Assembly (NCBI GenBank): GCA_002269645.1
Contig: NIVC01003027.1
Coordinates: forward strand, 60,593-124,592
Length of the DNA: 64,000 nt
Source of the DNA: Macrostomum lignano
Taxonomy: Eukaryota
Direction of reading: 5' to 3'
Every line of letters starts with the position of its first letter. The first letter of the stretch is position 1. Positions 11,866 to 24,700 of this stretch are shown here, piece after piece. Under the pieces are notes generated by a model, which saw nothing but the letters and a program-made list of their open reading frames with translations, was not told the DNA's origin and did no database searches. Position numbers and translations under genes: made by a program.

Positions 11866-14861
11866 TCAACGCTGCGACCCGGTTTTGATGTAGGAGATCG
11901 TGGTTGGCAGGTGCAGCTCTTCGAATGTGCATAGGAATGCGTCTGCGCTCTGCGGAATTAATGAGATTTCTTGTTTGGGTCTTCTGATCCTACAGAACAC
12001 GATCGAGCCACATGCATTACTCTAGCTGTCCTTAAATTGCCTGTAGTACCTTTAAAACACATGCAGGTATTTTTACTTAAGCTCCACTATAGGACAGGAG
12101 AGGGACAGTGGCGCTCCACCTCACAGGATGGGAGAGGGGCAGTGGCGCTCCACCTCACAGGACAGGAGAGGGACAGTGGCGCTCCACCTCACAGGACAGG
12201 AGAGGGACAGTGGCGCTCCACCTCACAGGACAGGAGAGGGACAGTGGCGCTCCACCTCACAGGACGGGAGAGGGGCAGTGGCGCTCCACCTCACAGGACG
12301 GGAGAGGGGCAGTGGCGCTCCACCTCACAGGACAGTAGAAGGACAGTGGCGCTCCACCTCACAGGACAGTAGAAGGACAGTGGCGCTCCACCTCACAGGA
12401 CGGGAGAGGGGCAGTGGCGCTCCACCTCACAGGACAGTAGAAGGACAGTGGCGCTCCACCTCACAGGACGGGAGAGGGGCAGTGGCGCTCCACCTCACAG
12501 GACAGGAGAGGGACAGTGGCGCTCCACCTCACAGGACAGGAGAGGGACAGTGGCGCTCCACCTCACAGGACAGGAGAAGGACAGTGGCGCTCCACCTCAC
12601 AGGACGGGAGAGGGGCAGTGGCGCTCCACCTCACAGGACGGGAGAGGGACAGTGGCGCTCCACCTCACAGGACGGGAGAGGGGCAGTGGCGCTCCACCTC
12701 ACAGGACAGTAGAAGGACAGTGGCGCTCCACCTCACAGGACAGGAGAGGGACAGTGGCGCTCCACCTCACAGGACAGTAGAAGGACAGTGGCGCTCCAAC
12801 TCACAGGACGGGAGAGGGGCAGTGGCGCTCCACCTCACAGGACGGGAGAGGGGCAGTGGCGCTCCACCTCACAGGACGGGAGAGGGGCAGTGGCGCTCCA
12901 CCTCACAGGACGGGAGAGGGGCAGTGGCGCTCCACCTCACAGGACGGGAGAGGGGCAGTGGCGCTCCACCTCACAGGACGGGAGAGGGGCAGTGGCGTTC
13001 CAACTCACAGGACGGGAGAGGGGCAGTGGCGCTCCACCTCACAGGACAGTAGAGGGGCAGTGGCGCTCCACCTCACAGGACAGTAGAGGGGCAGTGGCGC
13101 TCCACCTCAACAGGAAAGTAGAGGGGCAGTGGCGCTCCACCTCACAGGACGGGAGAGGGGCAGTGGCGCTCCATCATGCACTATGGTAAAAACTGTCGCC
13201 TGGTTTCTGCTCACCTTCTCGTCCGGCAGGCAGGGTCCCAGCGCCTGCAACAGCAGCGGCTCCTCTGCCACCATGGCCTTGAATTGGGCATAGTCAATGA
13301 CTCCCTTCTTCTGCGTGTCCTGCAGTAAGGGTTGTTTGGCCAGTGCTAAACTATAATAGTACATCTTTATTGGCGGGTGGCCTATAGTCGCTAGCTTGTA
13401 CTTACGAATTTTTTGAAGACAATTTCTACCAGATCGCGGACACCCTCGTCCGGGTCCTCCTCTACGGGTTGCTAAAATTTTGTGGCGAGTTGAATGGACA
13501 TTATATACAATTCTGGTGACCTCTTTGACCTTTGACCTGGAGTTCAATTACTAGCCAACTATCGTTTTCAGATATTAGTGCTTGCGTACTTTTAGAAGAC
13601 AACTAAACTTTATTATCTCATACTTTTGGAGTGAAAGTCGAAGCTTTAATTCGCCTATTAAAAGTACACGTAATTCAAAGTGCAAATGTACTTTAATAAT
13701 AGTACAAATACGACTGCGTGCATAAAAAAGTACAAGTGGAGGCCTATAGCCCAAACACACACAACAGTTCAGATTGTCATTACAATGCAAAAAGCTTTTT
13801 AAGACTGTCGAACCAACCGACCTTAATAAGGGTGGCCTTCAACAGCTGGAAAATCTCCTCGCGGCTGATCATTCCATTCGAGTTCAAATCGTAGGCGCGG
13901 AAAGCGACTAAAATGTTTTGAAGTTTTTATTAATACATTTGCAAAAGTTGAAAAAAATTAACTAATTAAATTTAACAAAAATTAACTCCTTACACTGCGT
14001 CTTCTCGTCTAGGGTGCCCCTCAGAAAGGTGGACATTCCCTTTAGCCACTCCTCTTGGCTGATGCTGGAGTCAAAGTCGGTGTCGAATGCCCGAAAAACT
14101 GGTTGAAAAAAAACAGTTAATAATTGAAAGTGCTTAATTTGTTTGACAATGAATATTTTGTCAAAATATCCAGCCCGATCGACCAGCCTCACCGTGGTCA
14201 ATCATCATAGCGTCGGTCATGCCGAACGAACAGTGCAGGATGTCCTTAAACTTGCTCCTGTCCAGCTTCACATCATCAGCTCCGGCCAGCTCTCGATACA
14301 TGTGCAGCAGATGCTCGCATTCCTTTTTAGTAACTGATTTGGAGGCGAAAATGACGTGTATTTAATGATTAAATTATTAATTAATTAGGTAAAATTAATA
14401 TATATATAATATATTAAATCATTAAATTTGTTGTGGGAATGCGAATCTAATTATATATATATAATTATCAATTATATTAAATTCTTATTAAATTCTTCTC
14501 TTATTAAATTAAATTCGTACTGTGATTTTAAGTATGTACAGCAGCAGCAGTTTTATTAAATAAAATTATTAATTAATAAATTCATTTATTTGAATACCGC
14601 AAATATAAAAAAAATGAATAGACAGCTACTATATACTAAACACTAAAATGATCTACTAATAAGTCAAAAATATATTAATAAACTTAATTGGTAAAAATCA
14701 GATTTTAAAATAAAGATCAAAATATTTCTAGACTTTTTTAATACTGAGCAGTGAAAAGCACTACTTGTAATATGACTAGTGCAAAGGTAACACTTACAAT
14801 TCGTTTGCTTGTGCAAAGATTCAGCTAACTTTGAGATAGCTGTCTTAGCTGAAACGTCCAT
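11866..14861 (-). CDS. CLXN: calaxin (EF-hand Ca-binding axonemal dynein regulator), 216 aa; exons 14861-14798, 14333-14193, 14098-13994, 13907-13822, 13471-13406, 13319-13215, 11949-11866
   Basis: All introns are GT-AG with compatible phases, 651 nt total. Spliced protein contains [67 protein letters not shown] and [14 protein letters not shown], matching the calaxin/EFCAB1 family. Confidence 0.92.
12091..13170. repeat. 34-bp intronic minisatellite (GTGGCGCTCCACCTCACAGGACGGGAGAGGGGCA)
   Basis: About 31 copies in the last calaxin intron. Explains the ORFs at 11971-13189. Confidence 0.95.
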
Positions 14862-16605
14862 GCTGATATGCAATACAATAATTGGCTCAAGACTCAAAAG
14901 GAATTCAGAAAATAATAAAATTTTGGACATGTTAAAAAATATTTGTATTGTTCCTAGCGACCTGCAATTTAGATTTCACAAGTTTAAACAAAATCTGGTA
15001 AATTAAATTAGTTTTATCACAATTATGTATCCATAATGTTTAGAAAACAATAACAACTTAACAGTAAAAGAGTTAAAGTAGAAAATGATTACTTTCGAGC
15101 TTTAGTTATTTTTCGTCTCCAATACCGACAGGGGCTCGATGCGATAAAGATTCGCTTCACTTCATGCTCAAATATCTTCAAAGTTTCATATTAATTTATA
15201 AAATTAATGGAATATATTCACGGATTTTGTGATCCTTGCAACATGCGTGGGCAAATAATCACCAGTGTGTTATGGACAAGTACACAATATGCGCTTGTTC
15301 AAGTACATGTATGTAGCACGTAGTGTATACGTGTAAAACGGCCAATTGCTATTTGTTAACATTTGAAACAACGCTGAAGCTCGATCAGCTCACGGTCGAT
15401 TTGAATAACCTAAGAGTACAATGGTTTCGAGTGCATTAGTGGACGAGTATTAATACATGGACCTTATTGTCATAATCTTTTCTTGAGTGCGAGTCAGCTA
15501 CATTCTGTTGTACTTCGCGGTCAAATATACATGTAAACGCAAATTCTATACCCAACAACATTGTAGTGTACTACATGTAATTTAAAGGAATTTAAAGGCT
15601 ATCTCCAACAATATTTTTCTGCAAAAAATGAGCATTCACTGTCTTCATTTTGACTGCATGTAACATGCATATGTGTATATATATATGCAGTTTCTTTTTG
15701 GGACACCCGCTACATGTACAAAAATGTACGAGCTAGATGTACGTAATTGTTATGGTGCATACAGTAGAAAATGCCGCCTTTGTCGGGCAAGTGGGAACAG
15801 TGAAAAAGCGCGACTGAGTTGCGACTTCCATGTACATATACAGTTTTTACCGCCCTGTTTAGTTGTTAGGTCTATCGAATATTCAAGCTGTCCAATGCGA
15901 TGAAACACTAATAGCTCGTAGTATACACTTTTTCCCTTGCTTTTGCTATGTGAAATTAGAATAAAACTCGCGACTGATTTTGAGCACGATTAATTTGTCT
16001 CAATTTTCGTTCGTTCTGTTGCAGATGCAAGCTACTCAACACATGCCGCTTTCCATGAGCAAGTCGGCTTATTCTGCATATTCTTAATTATTAGAAGTGC
16101 AAAATTACTGTCTGCATAGTGAACACTGATACTAGAATATTATCTTTTTATTAGATAGGCCACATCTTTAGTTAATTTCACAACTTTATTCGGGCGTAGC
16201 TGCAGTTTACAGTTATACAGTGTGACAATTTCGCATTTATTTTAATCATCCATGCGCTCAATAAAAAAAAGATATATAAGAAATAACGCTTTCCCAATTC
16301 TGGAAAGATTTGCTTTTTTGAACAATAAAAACTTTCGAGTCAAGACGCAGTAAACCCACTTGAGTTTACAATTCATATTATATTATTTCCTAAACGGCAC
16401 GAGAAGAGTGGGATGGGGAAGCACAATAATGGAAATCCTAAATGTGCGTACAAGATACGTACATAATGGGAAGAGCAAGCGAGCCTGCATATAGGAAGAA
16501 TGATGCAATATTTGACCATAAAAATAAATAGTACCAGCAACATGTAATTGAAAATATCAATAATAGCTACACTACACAAGTAATTTTTGTCGTTTTCATT
16601 GCCAA

Positions 16606-17148
16606 TCAAGAGAGAGGGGAGAAGAAAGGGGATAAGAGAGAGGGGAGAAAAGAGAGGGGATAAGAGGGGAGAAAAGAGGGGGGAGAAAAGAGGGGGGAGA
16701 AGAGAGTGGGGATAAGACAGAGAGGGGAGAAGAGAAGAGAAAGAGGGGGGAAGAGTGAGGGGAGAAAAGAGGGAGAAAAAGATGGGAGAAAAGAGGGGGG
16801 AGAAGAGTGGGGATAAGAGAGAGTGTGGGAAGAAAGTGGTGAAAAGAAAGAGGGGAGAAAAGAGAGGGGAAGAGAGAGGGGAGAAGAGGGGAGAAAAGAG
16901 GGGGAAAAGAGAGTGAGGATAAGAGAGAGGGGAGAAAAGAGAGGGGAAGAGAGAGGGGAGAAGAGGGGAGAAAAGAGAGGGGAGGAGAGGGGAGAAAAGA
17001 GAGGATAAAGAGGATAAGAGAGGGGGAAGAGAGAGGGGAGAAAAGAGAGAGGCGGGTAAAGAGAGGGGGAGAAGAGAGGGGAGACGGGAGAAGACAGCTG
17101 AGGAGACAAGGAAAACTTTAAGCGGATGGGAGTCACGCCGACCCCTGC
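16606..17148. mobile_element. partial copy of the GA-microsatellite-bearing hAT family
   Basis: GA-rich tract followed by AGAAGACAGCTGAG and the terminal GCCGACCCCTG, both shared with the right end of 8361-9489. Left TIR not found. Confidence 0.5.
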
Positions 17149-17482
17149 TGTAATAATGCATACTATGGAGTATTAGGATGTGCGTCTATTCATTATTTTC
17201 GGCAAAATTGAACATTAGTTTTAATACACACTTACCAAAACAAAATTTTGTTTGATTGTAAGCAAATTTATTATAAATTACATGCAAAAAAACTAGAAGA
17301 TTTGAACTTCTCAACAAGTGCTTTTTCAGTGCTTAAATAATTAACTTACAGCGTTTCATTTAGTTTTTTTTGAGAGATCAAGCAACACTTGCAGTCTGAG
17401 AGCGTTTTGCATTCAAGGGTGCATTGCCCAGCGGTTAGAAAGGGGGGCATTTTTAAAATCATTTTTAGTATATAGGACTAGC

Positions 17483-17812
17483 CAGTGGCCTAGCCAGGAA
17501 TTTCAATTGGGGGGGGGGGGGGGCGGGTTGGCCTGGCTGGCCATGCCTTATGCCATTGCCACTTTTGGCGCCGCAGGCACTCATTTTGACGCCGCAGGTA
17601 CTCATTTTGACGCCGCAGGCACTCATTTTAGCGCCACAGGCACTCATTTTGGCGCCACAGGCACTCATTTTAGCGCCGCACGCACTCATTTTGGCGCCGC
17701 AGGCACTCAATTGCCTCATGGTTGGTTTTTGGTACCCACCGCGCCCAACCCCCCAAGGCGATTGGGGCGGGGGGGCTGCGCCCCCCCCCCCGGCCCCCTG
17801 GCTACGGCACTG
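17483..17812. mobile_element. hAT MITE with internal 21-bp tandem repeat
   Basis: TIRs CAGTGGCCTAGCCAG / CTGGCTACGGCACTG with a perfect 8-bp TSD GGACTAGC. About 7 copies of GCCGCAGGCACTCATTTTGAC inside. Confidence 0.85.
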
Positions 17813-18769
17813 GGACTAGCAATCAGCGCCCCCCGCTGGGAAGCAAAAAAAATTGAATTAACTACTCGTCTCGTGTTTTAGTATCCTAACTAAATAAACT
17901 AATGGTTTAAGCAACAAAGCATCTGTCCTGAAAGCCGGCTATCTGGCCCAAGATATCAGCATCCCCTGTGAGCTTTGGCATCAAAGCCTCCATTTGACCC
18001 ATGGCTTAACTTAACCCTCCCTTTGATCGACCAGCAACCGATCTCAGCAACCCCCATGAGCCACAATATTTCAGCAACCACCCTTGACATCTCAGCAATT
18101 CTCCCAGAGTCATAGAATTTCAGCAATCCCCCCGAGCCTCGACATCTCAGCGATTCCACCATGACATGAGCATTGTCATGTCAGCAACTCCACCCGTGAG
18201 CCCTGATATCTCATATCTCAGAAACAAACATATCTGATATACTTGCTAGAAGCTTAAACGTGGTGTCGAGAATTTAATATCTAGTCGAATTCTATTCGTT
18301 AATCGATATATACTGTATAGTCGCGAGAAGGGTTTCAAACACATGGCGCATTGAAATAAAGCATCTTAAAAAATCAAAGCCACTAAAATATTAGCACTGT
18401 TTAGGTCTAATTGCGACTGTAAATTGCTGCAGTGATTTGAAAAAAAATAATATGGTAAAAGACAAATAGCAACGCGAGAAATAAAAATCGCATCGAGAAA
18501 AAGTTTTTTAACCGAGTTCACAAAGTATTGTGTTTAACAAACAAAAACAAATGAATACCTAAGCCTTTACCAAAATTTGCACAGATAATTAATCAGTAGT
18601 AACCAAAATACACTAATAACCGTTACGATTTTGTTATTTCATCATTGTTAGCCAGATTAAGGACCATATCTGAAAGGAAAAATATTTTTTTAAAGTTGAA
18701 AGCAAGGTTTTGTTAGCAAAAAGCTGTTGGAGCTATTTGTCTGGTAAGCTCTATGAAATCGATGTAGCG

Positions 18770-21700
18770 CTAAGCTAGTGCAAGAATCAACAGGTGCAAA
18801 AGGACCAACCTGGGCCCACTGGGAGGCGGAAATCTGCCACCCATAAACGGATCCGTATAAAACGAGGACGGAGGCCGTGGTCCGAAAAATGCAGGATGCA
18901 CCGGCGGTCCCAGGCCTCGACCAGGGATAGGTGGTGGATGCTGCTGGAAGCTCCATTGCTGCGGCTGCATCCGTGGCGCCGGTCTGCGACGTAGCGGCAT
19001 CTCCTGCGGAGCTCCGGGCATGGAGATGAGCATTGAGTCGAGCTTGCAGCCGCACTGCCCGACAGTCAAGCTGGAGTCGCCGCGGCAAAACGCTTCCTCG
19101 AGCTTGTCGTTGAGGCCGGGCTCTGGCAGAATCTCAACGGAGCTCCAGGCGCCGTGGCTGCCAAGGAAGAACCAGAGCCAGTTGGTGGCCAGGGGCCGGT
19201 GGAGGCTGGCGCGGCTCTCCGTGCGGAGGCAGCGGAGGCCGCCGGGAGGCTTCAGGTGTCCCGAGACCGACCGAATCTCGAATCTATCGGCCGAACCGGC
19301 AACGAACGACAGCGTCAGCTGACCGGGGAACTCGGAGCCGAGCTCCCCGCTGCCGACCGTCACTAAGTCGGAGCGGTCGGGCTGGCAGAAGGCCGCCTCC
19401 AGCTGCTCGTTCAGCGCGGCGTCCACGTCCTGCCAGCGGCTCGGCGGCCAGTGGGCGGCCCGCCACTGCCACAGATAAGGGACCTTGTGAGGGCAGTGCC
19501 GCCGAGGACAATTCTGGGAGAAGCATTCGTGCCGGAGGAACTCCTCGCACAGGGTTTCCTCGCTAGGAGCAGCACGAGACGCCTTTGGATTGGCGGCGGC
19601 TGAGGCAACGGACGGCTTTTGCTGAGCTTTTGGGCTGCTGCCGAGTTTCAACTTTGCAATGTTTGGCACACTGCCTGCGGACAGCTTGCTTTGGCGCTTG
19701 CTTTGCAAGTCAGCCTTCTGCTGCTGTTCTGTCGATTGCTGATGACCTCGGAATTGGTGCTTGCCCGACTGGTGCAGCCCAATTGGCGGCCTGTTTGTAC
19801 GAATGCCAGAGCGATCCAATTTAGTTCAAGTGCACATCGTTGAGAGAAAAGGGGTGGCGCCCCAGCCCCAACCAGGCCGATAAACATTTTCCGGCCTCCC
19901 TCCTTACTGCTTTCTCATTGGCTGAGCTAGATTGGGCCTGTCCTCTAGGCTCTTTCCTTACTGCTCTCTCATTGGCTGAGCTAAATTGGCCCTGCCCACT
20001 AAGCTGAGTTTCATTTGTCTAACTGTGACCTCTCTCCTTACTGCTTTCTCATTGGCTGAGCTAGATTGGGCCTGCCCACTAAGCTGAGTTTCGTTTGTCT
20101 AACTGTGACCTCTCTCCTTACTGCTCTCTCATTGGCTGAGCTAGATTGGGCCTGTCCTCTAGGCTCTTTCCTTACTGCTCTCTCATTGGCTGAGCTAAAT
20201 TGGCCCTGCCCACTAAGCTGAGTTTCGTTTGTCTAACTGTGACCTCTCTCCTTACTGCTCTCTCATTGGCTGAGCTAGATTAGGCCTGCCCTCTAGGCTG
20301 AGTTTCGTCTGCCTTGGGTTCACTTGTGTAAATCGAATTAGTTGTCTGTTCATTCTTCACCCCCATATGCTCCAGAGGACGCAAACCCCGAGAAAAGAAA
20401 TTTTAAATGCCACAGTAAACTCTTAATAACACTTCGTCCAGACTAACTCATGTAAAAAGAGTATACGATCTACTTTTTCACAACAAAAATGTAGTGTCAG
20501 CCGTGTTAACTAATTAAGTCTTTCACAATTAGGGAGCCTTTAAAAAAGTTTTTTGAGTCGATCAGAGCGCCAAAACAAAAATGGCAGTTTGAAGGACTGG
20601 TAAAAAACAATCTTACCTAGGACCATGTTGCGGCTGCGGCATAAGCGGCGCAACATTTGACGATTGCTGTGGAGCATTGCTTCTAGGAGGCTGATTAACG
20701 TTAGCAAAAGCAGCGGGTACTGGATTCGAATTGGTGTAAGGCAGCGGGGCGGGAATCAAGAAAGACCTGAGAACGTGACCAGGCTCCATCTCGTCCATGT
20801 CGAAGGGGTTCAGCTTCATCTTGGTCTGCTCATCCATGCTCAGCACGTGCTGCCTGCTGCAGCGGCACTTGCCGCACTGCTTGAACTTGACGTTGTTGCA
20901 CAGGTGAATGTCGGCACAGTCAGCTTGTTGACAGCCGGATTCTGAGTTGTAGGCTGAGCACACCTTCGGGTGGCTGGCCAGCAGCAGGTTGAGCACCTCC
21001 CGCTGTTTCAGGCCGTCTGCGATGCCCAAGGCGCTGCGAATTCGGTGGTTGCGGCCGCTGAGGTCGTGGCAGAGCCTGCAGTCCGCCTGAGGAATGCGGA
21101 TGGGGCATTGGGGCATTTTTAATGAGGGACTTTGAGCTGTGGGATTCTGAGCAGTGGGATTCTGAGCAGTGGGGCTGAGAGCTGTCGGATTCTGAGCAGT
21201 GGGGCTGTGAGCTGTGGGATTCTGAGCAGTGGGGTTCTGAGCTGTGGGGCTGTGAGCTGTGGGATTCTGAGCAGTGGGGCTGTGAGCTGTGAGATTCTGA
21301 GCAGTGGGGCTGTGAGCTGTGGGATTCTGAGCAGTGGGATTTTGAGCAGTGGGGCTGTGGGCTGTGGGATTCTGAGCAGTGGGATTCTGAACTGTGGGAT
21401 TCTGAGCAGTGGGATTCTGAGCTGTGGGGGGATTCTGAGCAGTGGGGCTGTGAGAGTCTGAGCAATGGGGTTCTGAGCTGTGGGGGGATTCTGAGCTGTG
21501 GGATTCTGAGCTGTGGGATTCTGAGCTGTAGGATTCTGAGATGAGTAATTAACTTCAAGTTGCAGACTCAGTTGTGGGATGAGACTGAATGCAGGAAGGG
21601 GATATTGATCAAATCAAATTGCACAATTCAAACGCATCTCCCCACCTTATCATGCACTTTGCCGTCGGGGTCGGCCAGAAACCACAGGCACAGGTGCAGC

Positions 21701-24700
21701 TGGCAGCAGTCCGCATTCTGGCAGGACTTCGGTGCCCCGTTGTGCATCGGGCAGATGCGGAAGCGGCGAAACACATTCACGCTGACCGGCTGTCCGCTCA
21801 CAGCATCCTTGTAGATGTCAATCATGCTCTGCAGCGGCTTCATCAACTCGTCGATGCTGTCCCGCCACTGCTCCAGCGGGAAGCCGCTCGGCAGTTTCAG
21901 GTCGGCCAGCAGCTCCGACGGTGCGGCTCGGCCGCTGCGGCGAATCAGCGCGGCGTAGGCGGTGCGAAGGCCGAGGCCGAGGACCGACACGTCGGGCAGC
22001 GGGGGCGGCAGGCTCGGGGCGGGCGCAGGGGCGGGCGCAGGGGCGGGCGCAGGGGCGGGTCCGGGGACACCGGCCATGGCAGGCAGGGAGTTCCGCAGCG
22101 CAGCGGGCACCAGGAAGGATCTGGCGAGGAAGTTCAGGTTGCTGTCGTCCAGGCCGAACCTGGCCAGCTTGACCGCCGTCTCCGGGTCCTTGGCGGCGGG
22201 CTCCAGGACGTGCCGCCTGTGACACGGGCACAGCTGCTTAGCCAGCTTGTTTTCCCTGTGCAGCGCGTTGTTGCAAATGTGAATGTCGGGGCAGCGGGCA
22301 TCGGAACACCCGCTGTCTGTGTTGTACTTGGCGCACACTGCCGGGTGGCTCGCACGCAGCAGCTCGAGGACCTTCTGGCTGCCGACTGCGCCGAGGCCAA
22401 TGCGGGCAAGCAGCTGCGGGCGGGTGAATGATTAGATGATGGCTGTGATGACGAGTACAACTGGAGCTGCAGGTGACTGATTGGATGATGGCTGTGATGA
22501 CGAGTACAGCTGGAGCTGCAGGTGACTGATTAGATGATGGCTGTGATGACGAGTACAGCTGAAGCTGCAGGTGACTGATTGGATGATGGCTGTGATGACG
22601 AGTACAGCTGAAGCTGCAGGTGACTGATTGGATGATGGCTGTGATGACGAGTACAACTGGAGCTGCAGGTGACTGATTGGATGATGGCTGTAATGACAAG
22701 CAGGTGAATGATTGGATGGCTGTGATGACAAGCAGGTGAATGATTGGATGGCTGTGATGACAAGCAGGTGAATGATTGGATGGCTGTGATGACAAGCAGG
22801 TGAATGATTGGATGGCTGTGATGACAAGCAGGTGAATGATTGGATGGCTGTGATGATGAGCACAGCTGGAGCTGCAGGTGATAGTGGGAAATCGCGATGA
22901 ACAGCAGTTTTTGACAGCATGAAACAGCACAAAACAGCAATTACTGACAGCACAAAACAGCATTATTTACAGCCTAAAACAGCAATCAGCAATCACTAAA
23001 AGCATAAGACAGCAATTGCTCATAGCACATAATAGAATATACTGTGTCACTGACAGCATAAAACAGCATAAAATAGCATTACTGACAGCATAAAACAGCA
23101 CAAAACAGCAATTACTAACAGCATGAAGCAGCACAAAACATCAGTTACTGACAGCACAAAACAGCAATTACTGACAGCATGAAGCAGCACAAAACAGCTA
23201 TTACTGACAGCATGAAGCAGCACAAAACATCAGTTACTGACAGCACAAAACAGCAATTACTGACAGCATGAAGCAGCACAAAACATAAGTTACTGACAGC
23301 ACAAAACAGCAATTACTGACAGCATGAAACAGCACAAAACAGCAACTACTGATAGCACAAAACAGCAATTACTGACAGCACGAAGCAGCACAAAACATCA
23401 GTTACTGACAGCACAAAACAGCAGTTTACAGACCTCCTTATTGCGCGCATCTCCCAGTCCGTGAACCAGACCGCACTGTCCATTGTGCACCCTTCCATCT
23501 GGGTCGCCCAGCCACCACAGACAGAAGTGCAGCCGCTTGCACTTCGGATTCGTGCAGCTGTCCTTGGCGCCATTGTAGAACTGGCAAATTCGAACACAAG
23601 GATAAGCATTGAGCCGCCCCTCACACAGAATGAGCTTCCCGCCTGGCTGATCTGACAGCCACTGATCCAGTGGGAAATTTGATGCCAATGCGAATCTCTT
23701 CAGGAATTCTGGCACCGTGGCGCTGCCGCCTGCAGTCAGCAGGAAGTTCAACACATTGTCCAGCGTCAGCAATGGCGCTGACTGAATGTGCCGAAACACA
23801 TGGTCAAAGTTCAGAGCGTCCTTGTATGGGTACTGCTTCTCTGGCCCAGCCTGTTAGTAAGGAAAACAAAGCTTTCAGTGACTATAGGGAGGCTTTTTAC
23901 TGACTATAGGGGAGCTTTCACTGACTATAGGGGAGCTTTCACTGACTATAGGGGAGCTTTCACTGACTATAGGGGAGCTTTCACTGACTATAGGGGAGCT
24001 TTTACCGAGTATAGGGGAGCTTTGACACAATCGGAAAGCAATCTATTGAATGCATTAGCTAAATGTCAATAGCTTTCATAGTTAAAAATTTGATCAATAT
24101 TTCCTCAAATTCCTTACAATGTTTTTCGGCAAACTCTGTGGCGGTCCTAAATCCTTCAGATATTCCGCCTCTTCAATGTCGATTCCATCTGCCTTTTGAC
24201 CGTCGTCCTCTTCTGTAACATCGACCAACAAATCGTCATCGACAAAGTCGCCATACGAAGCAACGTCCGATTCGTCAGCGTTGTCGTCGTCCAAGTCGCC
24301 GACGCTCGACTGGTTGTCGCCGACGCTGGACGCGGCTGAGGTTAACGACTCGGCTCGGCTGCTAATTCCAGCGTCGCCTGCGGCAGCTGCCTGCTGACTG
24401 CGACAGCGTCTGCAATGACAGGCGCGAGCTCTGCGCAGCTTGGCCTGGTCGTACGGGTCGCTCACCACAACGAATCGCCACGCCACCTGCAGTACACAAT
24501 ACACACATTTCTGTATATTGTGCCAGTTCTCTACACGCGATGGCTACAAGCGAGGAGTGAACCTGCACTCAACACTCCTAGCCGCCTAGCTAGAGGGGGT
24601 GGGTGCACTAAGAATAATAATAATAATAATTGATTACACCTGCCCCAGATAGCAGATGCGCAACCGACAGCACAGCCGCAGCGCATCTGAAGGGTGCGTA

